Source of the DNA: Acidobacteriota bacterium
GTDB lineage: Bacteria; Acidobacteriota; Vicinamibacteria; Vicinamibacterales; CAVVIG01
DNA length: 44,575 nt
NCBI GenBank assembly: GCA_046734915.1
Contig: JBKPSC010000231.1
Location: 1-44,575 of the forward strand
Reading direction: 5' to 3'
The translations under genes and the position numbers were made by a program. Below the pieces are notes generated by a model that was not told the origin of the DNA, did not search any database, and was given only the letters and a program-made list of their open reading frames with translations. Every line of letters starts with the position of its first letter. The first letter of the stretch is position 1. This document shows, one piece after another, positions 17,189-26,323 of the stretch.

Positions 17189-17368
17189 ATGGGAAGCGAC
17201 AGACATTTCCAGATTCATGTCGAGGAGCGCGGGCCGCACTGGATCTCGTGGCTTTCGCGAACCGGCGAAACCAAGCCCGACCGTGCAGTGGTTCTCGTTG
17301 CGGCATCGCAAGAGGAAGCGGAAGCCCGCGCGCGAAAGTGGGCCGAGAGACTGAATGCGGAATCCTGA
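17189..17368 (+). CDS. Small hypothetical protein (59 aa)
   Basis: TAACGT -10 box 7 nt before ATG 17189; beta-beta-beta-alpha pattern ending VAASQEEAEARARKW. Confidence 0.68.
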   Translation: MGSDRHFQIHVEERGPHWISWLSRTGETKPDRAVVLVAASQEEAEARARKWAERLNAES

Positions 17369-17384
17369 TCCTTGTCGGCTCTGG

Positions 17385-17462
17385 GGTTCTCAGTTCTGAG
17401 GTTCTTGGTTCTCGGGTTCTTGGTTCTCGGGTTCTCCTCGGTTCTCGGGCTCCGGGTTCTCG
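17385..17462. repeat. GGTTCT(C/T) 7/8-mer tandem array forming the 3' end of the helicase gene
   Basis: ggttctcagttctgaggttcttggttctcgggttcttggttctcgggttctcctcggttctcggg; read on the minus strand as ENPEPENRGEPENQEPENQEPQN*. Confidence 0.85.
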
Positions 17463-20242
17463 TTGGCGAACGCCGGCACGCGGAGGCGGTGCACGCGACC
17501 GTGCGGCCCTGACCACTCGAGCACGCACTCTTGGTTCGCGCCGACCGCCCGGTTGAGGAGATCGCGCAGGTCGCGCGGCAACACCTCACCCAGACTGCCG
17601 CGACCCATCCGGCACACGCCGTCTTTCAGCGCACCCGACAGATACAGCCGATCGCGCGCGCGAGTCATCGCCACGTAGAGCAACCGCTTCGTCTCTTCGC
17701 GATCGCGCGCCTGCGCGTCCTCGTCAGCCTCCGACTGATAGTCGGCAATCGCGATCGTCGCCGCCCCTCTGAAGTCGGCCGTGACGCGGATGGGCGCCCG
17801 TGGGCCGCCTGTGCCCCGGCCGAGGTTCACCAGGAACACGATCGGGAACTCGAGGCCCTTGGCAGCGTGAACCGTCATCAGGCTCACCGCGTCCTGTGCG
17901 TCGATGACGGCGTTGGATTCATCGCCGACTGCGAGCTGCTCGAGATGCTCGGCAACGCGGGACAGCGTCGCGTACCCGCGGTTCTGGAAACGGCGCACCA
18001 TGGCCCCGAGCTTCTTGAGATTCTCCCGTGCCTGCCGCTGCATGGGCCCGCGCGTTTCGTAGGCGTAGGCGGTTTCCTGCAGGATGCCGCTCAAGAGATC
18101 CCACGGGGGCTGCCGATCGACTTTCGCCAGCCACGCCGGCATCGCCGCCCGAAGCCGCTCGAGGACCTCGCGATCTTCCCCGTCGAGCGCCTGGCACGCG
18201 GGAGGAGGCTCCGCGGCCATGATCGCTCTCGCCAGGTCAGGCGCCAGGCGGGCAATTCCGGGGTCCGAGAGCCGAATGACGCGCGAACGCAGGAGCGCCG
18301 CCGCCCGCAGGTCCGACAGCGGATCGGCCAGGTACTGCAGGAGCGCCACGACGTCTTGGACTTCGTCGGCGTCGAAGAATCCCAGCCCCTTGTAAACGTA
18401 GGTCGGCACGCCGCGCCGTTCGAGCGCGCGCTCGAACTCGCGGTGGGAATCGCGCGATCGAAACAGCACCGCGATGTCCGCAGGACGCGCCAGGTGGCGA
18501 GTGCCGAGCGCCCGGTCTCGTACTGTGACACCGCTGAGGATTCGGGCAATCTCGTCGGCCACACGGTCGGCACTCTCGCGGACGCTGGCGCCGGCGATGA
18601 GACCCAGGGCCGCGGCGTCTTCGGCGGGCCAATCGTCCGGAAGGGGAAACCGCTCCGCCTCACGGTAGAGGAAGGCGTCACGCCGCTGCGGCCCGTCGGC
18701 GGCGATCGCCCCGAATGCGTCGTTCACGAAGGCGAGGAGCGGCGGCGACGAGCGGAAGCTCACCGATATCGCTCGCCGCGGATCGCCTTCCGGCCGCAGC
18801 CCCCGCACGAACGCCACGGCATCGTCCAGAACGCTGATGTCGGCGTCGCGAAACCCGTAGATCGATTGCTTGCGATCGCCGACGATGAAAATGGATGGTG
18901 GCAGCGAGTCGGCCGAGGCACCGAGACCCTCACCCCAATTTTTCACCAGCTGCTCGACGAGCTCCCACTGGACCCGGCTGGTGTCCTGAAATTCGTCCAC
19001 GAGCACGTGCCGGTACCGAGCCTCGAGCCGGAAACGGCTGGGCGCGAACTCGTCCATCGTCTTGAGCAGACGCACCGCACGCTCGAGGACGCCGGAGAAA
19101 TCGAGCAGCGCCCGGGATTCCAGGTTGCGTTGATGCTGCGTGAGCGCGACCGCGAAGATCCGCCAGACGCCGCGGGCCTGAATGGCATTGAGGTCTCGCC
19201 GGAATGCCTTCAACGTTTCGGCAATGGCTGGCGCGATGTCCGAACCCACCTGCCTGTGCCGTTTCCAGGCGGCCTCACTCGCCGCGTGAATCGCCTTGTA
19301 CTCGACACCGCGAAAGGTGCGGTCGCGAGGCCGGCCGTCAGTCGTCAAAAAGTACGCGCGCAGCCGATCGACGAGCACGCGGAATGCCGCCTGACCGGGA
19401 CGCGAGTCGAGCGGTGTCACTTCTTCGGCATTAGCCGGGCCGCTCGCAAGGGCGCGGATGTCGGCTGCCAGCATCGCGAAATGCGGATGACCGATAGGAC
19501 CTTCCCGCAGAAACCGCTCGAGCCCACCGTCGACGCTCGTCAGGTGATCGCATAGCCGGCTTCCTGCGTGGCGGCAGGCGGTCGCGACGGTCAGATCGCG
19601 CGGGCCGTGCGCGAGAAAGCGCCGCAGAGCCTGCGGCGCGACGAGCCGGCGCTCGAGGAGGGCTGCAATGCCCACGCGGAGCCGTCGCTCGCCGAGCTGT
19701 GCGAAGACGAGCGCGACGTCATCGTCATCGCGAGCGATGGCGCGACAGACGCGGAACGTCTGGTCGAGCGACTCGGCGACGATGCGGGGGCCCTCCGTGT
19801 CGTCGGCGAGCTCGAAAGCCGGGTCGACGTCGGCCTCCAGCGGAAATTCGCGAAGCAGCGACAGGCAGAATGCATCGATCGTCGAGATGGCGATGTCGCC
19901 GAGGCGATCCTTCAGGTCGCGCCAGCGAGCGAGGTCCCGCGACGACAACCGGCCGGCGTCACGCAGCCGGTCGATGATCCGCTCGCGCATCTCGGCGGCG
20001 GCCTTGCGCGTGAAGGTCATCGCCAGGATGTGCTCCGGTTCGACTCCCGCCCGCAGCAGGTTCACGTAGCGCTCGACGAGCACGCGTGTCTTGCCCGTGC
20101 CGGCCGAGGCCTCCAGCACGACGTTTCGCGCCGGGTCGACCGCCTGATCGCGCGCGCTCTGGTCGGGCGCGTTCGTCACAACCGGAGCCGGGGGCTCCGG
20201 TTCGACGTCGAACGGCAGCATGGGTTCAGACGTCGCCGACAT
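17390..20242 (-). CDS. addA: UvrD/AddA-like SF1A helicase, without a C-terminal nuclease domain
   Basis: ASAGTGKT, MTFTRKAAAEMRERI, STIDAFC, VLVDEFQDTS, VGDRKQSIYGFRDAD, MTVHAAKGLEFP, RLLYVAMTRARDRL. ATG 20242 overlaps the end of addB. Confidence 0.88.
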   Translation of the reverse strand: MSATSEPMLPFDVEPEPPAPVVTNAPDQSARDQAVDPARNVVLEASAGTGKTRVLVERYVNLLRAGVEPEHILAMTFTRKAAAEMRERIIDRLRDAGRLSSRDLARWRDLKDRLGDIAISTIDAFCLSLLREFPLEADVDPAFELADDTEGPRIVAESLDQTFRVCRAIARDDDDVALVFAQLGERRLRVGIAALLERRLVAPQALRRFLAHGPRDLTVATACRHAGSRLCDHLTSVDGGLERFLREGPIGHPHFAMLAADIRALASGPANAEEVTPLDSRPGQAAFRVLVDRLRAYFLTTDGRPRDRTFRGVEYKAIHAASEAAWKRHRQVGSDIAPAIAETLKAFRRDLNAIQARGVWRIFAVALTQHQRNLESRALLDFSGVLERAVRLLKTMDEFAPSRFRLEARYRHVLVDEFQDTSRVQWELVEQLVKNWGEGLGASADSLPPSIFIVGDRKQSIYGFRDADISVLDDAVAFVRGLRPEGDPRRAISVSFRSSPPLLAFVNDAFGAIAADGPQRRDAFLYREAERFPLPDDWPAEDAAALGLIAGASVRESADRVADEIARILSGVTVRDRALGTRHLARPADIAVLFRSRDSHREFERALERRGVPTYVYKGLGFFDADEVQDVVALLQYLADPLSDLRAAALLRSRVIRLSDPGIARLAPDLARAIMAAEPPPACQALDGEDREVLERLRAAMPAWLAKVDRQPPWDLLSGILQETAYAYETRGPMQRQARENLKKLGAMVRRFQNRGYATLSRVAEHLEQLAVGDESNAVIDAQDAVSLMTVHAAKGLEFPIVFLVNLGRGTGGPRAPIRVTADFRGAATIAIADYQSEADEDAQARDREETKRLLYVAMTRARDRLYLSGALKDGVCRMGRGSLGEVLPRDLRDLLNRAVGANQECVLEWSGPHGRVHRLRVPAFANENPEPENRGEPENQEPENQEPQN

Positions 20243-23126
20243 AGTCCTTCCGGCAGACCGCGGCAAAGCTGCACGATTCGCACAGAAACACATCGTCTGG
20301 CGTGGGTGGAAACTCACCGCGCTCGATGGCATCGATGGTCGCCGCGGCACGCGCTTGCGCGTCGGCGAGGACCTTGTCCCGATCGCTCTGTACCGCCACG
20401 AGCGGGACGATGCGCTTAGGACCCTTGAAGGCGATATAGGCGGCCTCGCCAAGAGCCCACGTTCGACCGTGGCGGCCGCTCAATTGCTGCTCCGCCGCCA
20501 GCCCGTAGATCGGCAGTTGCAGCGCGCGCGACCGCTGCGGCGGCCATCCAAGCTTGTAGTCGACCAGTCTGAACGTGCCGTCCTGGAGGAGGTCGATGCG
20601 ATCGGCCTTGCCGCGTAGCGCCACGACGCGCGGACCGTCCGGCGTGTTCAGCGTAATGTCGCCATCGAGCCGGTGCTCGAGCAGGCGCTCGACGACGGGC
20701 ACCGGCCGCTCGGCTTCCATTCGCAGGACGGCCTCGCCAAGACCGGCGGCCGCCGACGAGCCGAGGAGACGTGTCCGCTCCAGTCCGGCCTCGGCTTCCG
20801 GCAGCCTGGTCAGCTCTTGCTCGACGACATTCGAGAAGACGGCTCGTGCCTCGCCGAGCGTCTCCGCGGTGATTGCGCGGCGCCCGGACTGCTGCCAGGC
20901 CTCGAAGAACACCTCGAAGACACGATGCATGAACTGACCCTGCTGCCGCGGATCCATCACCTCCGCGTCGTCGGGCTCGTCATCGAGCTTGAGCACGTGC
21001 TGGGCAAAAAACTTGAACGGGCAGGCCAGGTACACTTCGAGCGAGCTGACCGACCACGGCCGACTATCCTGCCGCCCGATGCTGCCGTGGTACGCAGAGG
21101 CCGCGGACGCGGTGCGACGGCTGCGCCGCTCGGCCCACTCCCGCGTCTCTGCGTCGAGCGCTTCGACGCGGAGCCGCTGGCTGACAAGTGCGGCATCTGG
21201 CGTGATCGGCACAGGTTCGTCCGTTGATGAGACGGTGGACAAGCGCGCACGGGGAATCTCGTCGAGCTGCATCGATCGCATCACGATCGCTTCGTCATCG
21301 AGAACGATCGTGGAGATCGCGACGCGGCGCGCGGCCGAGGCGATCAGGTCGATGAAGCGGGCGTCGGCCGCACGCCGCCTGCTGCTCTCGGACGGCCAAC
21401 CGAGCGACCGAAGGAGTCCGGCTGGATAGAAGATGTTGCGCGCTTGACGATCGGGCCATTCGCTTTCGATGAGGCCGACAATCGACATGTCGTCGAACGT
21501 GCCGTACCGCGCGGCGCGATCGTCGAGAAGATGAATGCCCTTCTCCGAAGCAACTCCGGCCAGTGTTTGTTCGCCAATCCAGCGGCGCACGGCGGCCGCC
21601 AGTTCCTCGATCGTCCAGTCCGGATCGTGATGAGTGGCGTGAGCCTTTACGAGCGCCGAGAGCAGCTCGATGACGGCCGCTCGTGCTCGTATTTCACGCG
21701 CATCCAGCGGACCCTCTGTCAGCGGGCGATGCCTGGCCGTGATGAAGTCAATCAGGCGCTGAATCTGAACGGACGCCGGCGCCGCGATCCGCAGCGGCGA
21801 CAACTCACGTGCGACGACGAGCGCGGCGTCGAGCGCGGGACGAGACTGCTCGTCGGTCCAGCTGCCGCCCAGCTCCTCGAGCCGCTTCAAGTCGCCAAGG
21901 TAGCCAAGTTCGCGAAGCGTGAAGTCGAACCTTCGAATCGAGGCGCGCTCCAGCGTCGCGCTCATCGTCCAGTGCGGGCTTTGGAGGAGCGCCGTCAGCG
22001 CGCTTCGCGAGAAATCGGTGTCGGCGGCGTCCAGCGCGAGATCGATCGCCGCGACGGCCGGTTCAGCCGCCAGGGGTAACGAATCGGAGGTCTGATACGG
22101 AATGCCGGCCGCGCCAAGAGTCCCGCCCGCGAGGTAGAGATACGGCAGCGGCCGCTTGTACACGATCGCGGCTCGATCCAGATTCGGGGCGTTCTCATCA
22201 GTCCCTTCGACATGAAGATGATTGGCGACGGCGTTGAGCTCCTCTTCCCGGTCGCGTCGCGTGAACCACAGTGCGCCATCCCCAGGCGCTTCCAGCCTTG
22301 GTCGGACGCCAGGACCGCCCATGGCATTGACCTCTTCGAGCTCGGGCCACCAGCCGTGCAGCCGCTCGTGGAACCCCGAGCCAAGGACGGCCTCGGTGCA
22401 AACGAGCTCGAGCTGTTCCAGTCCGGGCATTCGAGAGAGGAGGTCGAAGTCGCCAATGAAGAGACCATCGGGCTCGGCGATCCAATCGGCGACGGTCACG
22501 ATGACGTGATCGACACAAGGCGTTGTCGGGTGCCTCATCAGATGGTCGCGGAGTGTGTGTTCGTCCCAGCGTCCCGAGGCTCCGAGCCGTCGTTGGTATT
22601 CGCGGAACGTGTCGTTGAGAAAGCGAGTCTGCGCGAGCAGCCGACCGGTGCCCCGATCGTCGCCGCCGCTGAGCGTCTCTTCGATCAGCTCGTTGAACCG
22701 ATCGAGCCGCTGCGATTGACGGCGCAGCTGGTCGTAGAACCTGAGCATCTCGGCGACGAGTCCCGGGCGAAGGCGAAAGGGCAGTTCGTCCGCCTGGCGG
22801 TCAGCTGATCGGCCGTGTGGCGCGCTGGCCGCGGCCTGCGCTGCAGCCTGGGCGATGCTGTCGCGCTCGACGGCGCTCAGCCGTCGCGGAGCTCCGGGCA
22901 ACCGGCCATGCAGCAGATCGTAGAACTGGTCGCGGGTCAGGACGCTGGCGGCGCTGACCCCGCGGCCCGCGGGCAGGCCGCCATGCCGGCAGAGCTGTCG
23001 CGCCGCCGCGTCGGTCGGTACGATGACTATCGCTCCCGGGCCGCGGCCGCAAAGATCGGTAATGGTCTGTCGAAATGAGTGCAGATCAGGGACGCGAATG
23101 AGCCGCGTCCGTCGAGCAGTGATCAC
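20226..23126 (-). CDS. addB: AddB-like protein: inactive helicase-like body plus a PD-(D/E)xK nuclease with Fe-S staple
   Basis: SVSSLEVYLACPFKFF, GQFMH, RGKADRID, LVDYK, LQLPIY, CESCSFAAVC (four Cys for 4Fe-4S). Confidence 0.85.
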   Translation of the reverse strand: MITARRTRLIRVPDLHSFRQTITDLCGRGPGAIVIVPTDAAARQLCRHGGLPAGRGVSAASVLTRDQFYDLLHGRLPGAPRRLSAVERDSIAQAAAQAAASAPHGRSADRQADELPFRLRPGLVAEMLRFYDQLRRQSQRLDRFNELIEETLSGGDDRGTGRLLAQTRFLNDTFREYQRRLGASGRWDEHTLRDHLMRHPTTPCVDHVIVTVADWIAEPDGLFIGDFDLLSRMPGLEQLELVCTEAVLGSGFHERLHGWWPELEEVNAMGGPGVRPRLEAPGDGALWFTRRDREEELNAVANHLHVEGTDENAPNLDRAAIVYKRPLPYLYLAGGTLGAAGIPYQTSDSLPLAAEPAVAAIDLALDAADTDFSRSALTALLQSPHWTMSATLERASIRRFDFTLRELGYLGDLKRLEELGGSWTDEQSRPALDAALVVARELSPLRIAAPASVQIQRLIDFITARHRPLTEGPLDAREIRARAAVIELLSALVKAHATHHDPDWTIEELAAAVRRWIGEQTLAGVASEKGIHLLDDRAARYGTFDDMSIVGLIESEWPDRQARNIFYPAGLLRSLGWPSESSRRRAADARFIDLIASAARRVAISTIVLDDEAIVMRSMQLDEIPRARLSTVSSTDEPVPITPDAALVSQRLRVEALDAETREWAERRSRRTASAASAYHGSIGRQDSRPWSVSSLEVYLACPFKFFAQHVLKLDDEPDDAEVMDPRQQGQFMHRVFEVFFEAWQQSGRRAITAETLGEARAVFSNVVEQELTRLPEAEAGLERTRLLGSSAAAGLGEAVLRMEAERPVPVVERLLEHRLDGDITLNTPDGPRVVALRGKADRIDLLQDGTFRLVDYKLGWPPQRSRALQLPIYGLAAEQQLSGRHGRTWALGEAAYIAFKGPKRIVPLVAVQSDRDKVLADAQARAAATIDAIERGEFPPTPDDVFLCESCSFAAVCRKDYVGDV

Positions 23127-24547
23127 CGTATGGGCACAGGCGGCTTCATCATGGCGTCAATCTCCGCTGCCGCGCGCGTGATGAGCATGAGCGCGCCGGC
23201 CGCCGCCGACGAGGCATCCCAGGCTCGATCGATGCTGCCGCTGAGCGCCGCTTCACGGCGAATGCGTGCGGCGCCGTCGGCCAACTGGGCGGCGCTGATC
23301 ACAAGCGCATGCGCCGCTCGAAGGTCCTCAGGCGCAAGGATAGCAGTGACCGCCCGCAGAATCTGATCCGACGCCGATTGTATCTGGGAAAGCGCCAGCG
23401 GCGTCGACCCCGAGAGCGCCTTGATGTCCTCGAGCGCGGGCTTCAGGCCCTGCAGCTTCTGGAGTTGAGGCGTCACGGCCGCACCGTACTTCTTGTACTC
23501 CTCCGACTTGAGCAGCCAGCGGTCCCGGGCAAGGCGCATGCGCTGCGCCGCGTCGAGCTGGTCCTGGACCGCAGCCACGAGTGCCGTGACGGCTTCCGGC
23601 CGGCGTCCGCCCAGCGTGCGGTCTTCGATCGGAATCTGCGCCAGGATGTTCTGCACGCCGCGTACGTCGCCGCGCTTCGCCCGCTGCTCCGCGAAGGCCA
23701 CGTACCGCCGCGTCAGCGTCTGATACAGACGATCGACCGTCAGCTCGGTGGCAATGGCTCCTTGCGTTGCGACCTTGGTTGCCGCCGCCCACCCGCTTTC
23801 CAGCGCCGCCGTATCGCGGTCGAGACTCCCAAGAACCGTGGTCAAGAGCGAGACCCGCTCCACCGAGGACTCAGTCAGCCGCGCCGCCAGCAGCGTCTGC
23901 TCGATCGCCTCGCGCGGCGAAGGATGCGGCAACAGCGGTTCCCGATAATCCGGCACCTCGGTTGCCGCCACAAAATTGAGATCGAAGCGGCTGAGGCCGG
24001 CGGCGGCGCGCAGATCGGCGATGGCTTCGTCCAACGTCGCGAGCATCTGCCGCACCTCGTTCTGCTTGTAGTTGTAGTGCCGGGCCGGCCAGGCGGCGAG
24101 CGTCTTGCGCGCCCGCTCGACGACGGCGAGACGCCCCGCGGCGTCGGCCGCCTGGGAAACGTCGTTCAGCGCTTGTGCCACCTCGTCGGTCAGGAGCGCA
24201 TAGTCCTGTTCGGCACGGCTGGCGATGTAGCGCGTGGCTCGCGCGGCGTCGGCGTACCGGTTGGTCCGCTCCCAGTCGATACGTTCCGAAGACAAGGTGA
24301 CGAGGTGAAGCTGGGGCTCGACGGGCGATGCCGAGGTCGGCATCGAGAACACGACACGATCCGACAGGCGCGCGAGCTCGCCGTAGCTGACGAGCGACGA
24401 GCCGTCCTTGAGAAAGACCCGGAAAAACGGGCTCTCGTCGCCTTGCGGGGCTACCCGTTCACCCGGGACCTGGCCGGCGGCGATCGGCGCGGTGCCCCAG
24501 ACGAGACACCCCGCCGCAACCAGGGCGGCCAGACGCACACTTCTCAT
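23123..24547 (-). CDS. Hypothetical exported alpha-helical protein
   Basis: Signal-like N-terminus MRSVRLAALVAAGCLVWGTAPIAAG, then RVFLKDGSSLVSYGE and a long helical region; stop overlaps the addB start (GTGA). Confidence 0.8.
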   Translation of the reverse strand: MRSVRLAALVAAGCLVWGTAPIAAGQVPGERVAPQGDESPFFRVFLKDGSSLVSYGELARLSDRVVFSMPTSASPVEPQLHLVTLSSERIDWERTNRYADAARATRYIASRAEQDYALLTDEVAQALNDVSQAADAAGRLAVVERARKTLAAWPARHYNYKQNEVRQMLATLDEAIADLRAAAGLSRFDLNFVAATEVPDYREPLLPHPSPREAIEQTLLAARLTESSVERVSLLTTVLGSLDRDTAALESGWAAATKVATQGAIATELTVDRLYQTLTRRYVAFAEQRAKRGDVRGVQNILAQIPIEDRTLGGRRPEAVTALVAAVQDQLDAAQRMRLARDRWLLKSEEYKKYGAAVTPQLQKLQGLKPALEDIKALSGSTPLALSQIQSASDQILRAVTAILAPEDLRAAHALVISAAQLADGAARIRREAALSGSIDRAWDASSAAAGALMLITRAAAEIDAMMKPPVPIR

Positions 24548-24723
24548 TGGAACCCAAGCGTACGTAGGTGGTTTTCCGCCGTCAAGCGACGCGGGTGTGG
24601 AAAACCTGTGGATGACTGGTGCATTTCCTGTTGATTCGCGGACAGCCAGATCTTTTTTCGGCGCGACTGTTCCAAAACTCGCGTCCAAGCGGCCTTGAAC
24701 GCCGTTTTCGTACGGTCCTTCGC

Positions 24724-24751
24724 TTGATACCGCCGCCGCCGTACGTAGAAT
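24724..24751 (+). promoter_or_regulatory. Putative sigma70 promoter
   Basis: TTGATA-16 nt-TAGAAT upstream of the 78-aa gene. Confidence 0.5.
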
Positions 24752-24815
24752 CGTCTGCGTTCCACACAGTTGTTAACCGCTGTCGCGCGCACCGACATCC
24801 GGTGCGCGTCCGGTC

Positions 24816-25052
24816 GTGCCTGTGGCCATAGCGATACATCGATTTCACGAGAACATAGCCGGGCATCAGTACCAGATTGAGGTCGCCGCCGTCTCCAAAG
24901 ACCGGTGGCGCGCCTACATCGTCCGCATCCCAGGGGTGCCGACGGCCCTGATGCCTTTTTATGGCCCGACGCCGCGAGAGGCCGCTGACTTGTTGAGACA
25001 GTGGCTCACCCGTGCGCACGAGCGCGCCGGCGTGAGCACCCGTCGCGTCTAA
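24816..25052 (+). CDS. Small hypothetical protein (about 78 aa)
   Basis: Compact ORF YQIEV...RWRAYIVRIPGVPTALMPFYGPTPREAADLLRQWL directly upstream of the S9 peptidase. Confidence 0.75.
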   Translation: MPVAIAIHRFHENIAGHQYQIEVAAVSKDRWRAYIVRIPGVPTALMPFYGPTPREAADLLRQWLTRAHERAGVSTRRV

Positions 25053-25073
25053 TCCAAGTGTAGGATCGGTCCC

Positions 25074-26165
25074 GTGACCGCTTGGAACCCCGTCAGCCGG
25101 GGGGTTGCGGGTATCGCTCTGGCCGTCAGCGTCCTGGCCGGAAGCGCTGTGCCGTACGCGGCGCAGGCCCAGGCCTCGGCCCCGGCCCCGGCGACTGCCC
25201 GGCCCCGCATCCGCACGCCTGACTTCGCCCAGATGCGGCGTCAGCAGGCCCTGACGGATGAAGTCTGGCGCCACGCGAGCACCGGCTACATGCAGGTGGA
25301 GAAGATCACCTACACCAGCCGGGTTGGCGATCTCGAGATTCCAGCGTTCGTGTTTCGACCGCTGCAGACAGCCGGCGTGAAGTCCCATCCCGCGCTCGTC
25401 TGGGTTCATGAAAACATCCGCGGTCATCTCTACGAGCACTACGTGCCCTACATCAGGCAGGCGACCGCGAAAGGCTACGTGGTCATCGCGCCCGAGTATC
25501 GCGGGAGCATCGGCTATAGTCCGCAGCTCTACGAGGCCATTGATTACGGTGGCAGCGAAGTGGACGACGTCGTCACGGCGGCCAGTGTGCTGGCCATCCG
25601 GTATCCCATGGTCGATCCGCAGCGGATCGGCATCATCGGGTGGAGTCATGGCGGCATGATCACGCTGCTCTCGATCTTCCGGAATCCAGGGACCTTCGCC
25701 TCGGCAGTCGCGGTCGTGCCGGTCGCCAACCTGTTCCAGCGTCTCGCTTACAAGGGCGTCGAAGAGCACCGGGCGCTCATCGACCCGAACAATCGCTTTG
25801 GCGGCACGCCGGCGCAACGGCCGGCTGTGTATCGCGATCGGTCGCCCCTCTTTCAGGTCGACAAGCTGCGGATTCCGCTGCGGGTGCACATCGCGGACAA
25901 CGATCAGGACGTCAACATCGAGGAAGGGATGCAGCTCATCGACGCGCTCCGCTCCCGCCAGTCCGAGCTGGCCGAGACCGAAGTGTTTCGCAACCCCCCG
26001 GGAGGACATCTGTTCGATCGGCGCGTCAACCTGAAGACGTTCGAGCCTGACGACACGCCGGCGCAGCGGGACTCCTGGATGAAGGTCTGGACGTTCCTCG
26101 ACCGGACGCTGGCACCGCCCGATCCGGCGGCCGTCATCACGTCCTCCTCGTCTTCTTCACGCTGA
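25074..26165 (+). CDS. Secreted S9 family (prolyl oligopeptidase-like) peptidase
   Basis: Signal peptide, APEYRGSIGY, nucleophile GWSHGG, Asp in DQDV, His in PGGHLF. Confidence 0.9.
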   Translation: MTAWNPVSRGVAGIALAVSVLAGSAVPYAAQAQASAPAPATARPRIRTPDFAQMRRQQALTDEVWRHASTGYMQVEKITYTSRVGDLEIPAFVFRPLQTAGVKSHPALVWVHENIRGHLYEHYVPYIRQATAKGYVVIAPEYRGSIGYSPQLYEAIDYGGSEVDDVVTAASVLAIRYPMVDPQRIGIIGWSHGGMITLLSIFRNPGTFASAVAVVPVANLFQRLAYKGVEEHRALIDPNNRFGGTPAQRPAVYRDRSPLFQVDKLRIPLRVHIADNDQDVNIEEGMQLIDALRSRQSELAETEVFRNPPGGHLFDRRVNLKTFEPDDTPAQRDSWMKVWTFLDRTLAPPDPAAVITSSSSSSR

Positions 26166-26323
26166 CCCCGCCGGTTCGCCGGATCGGCCGCCCAGGCTGA
26201 ACGGAAAAGCCAGCCGCACGCGCATTATTCCGCTAGGATGTCGCGGTCGGGCGGGATGTGAGGCCCGACTCGTGCCGTCGATATCACACGGGCAATGGGT
26301 CGGACGGAAAAGAGGGGGGCTGT

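Noticed and set aside
17531-19555. 674-aa plus-strand ORF
   Set aside because: Antisense shadow of the AddA-like helicase, expected in high-GC DNA; no motifs.
24550-24815. Replication origin
   Set aside because: Only two or three imperfect DnaA boxes, no AT-rich unwinding element and no dnaA/dnaN nearby.
24582-26009. 475-aa minus-strand ORF
   Set aside because: Overlaps the well-supported S9 peptidase and the 78-aa gene on the opposite strand.
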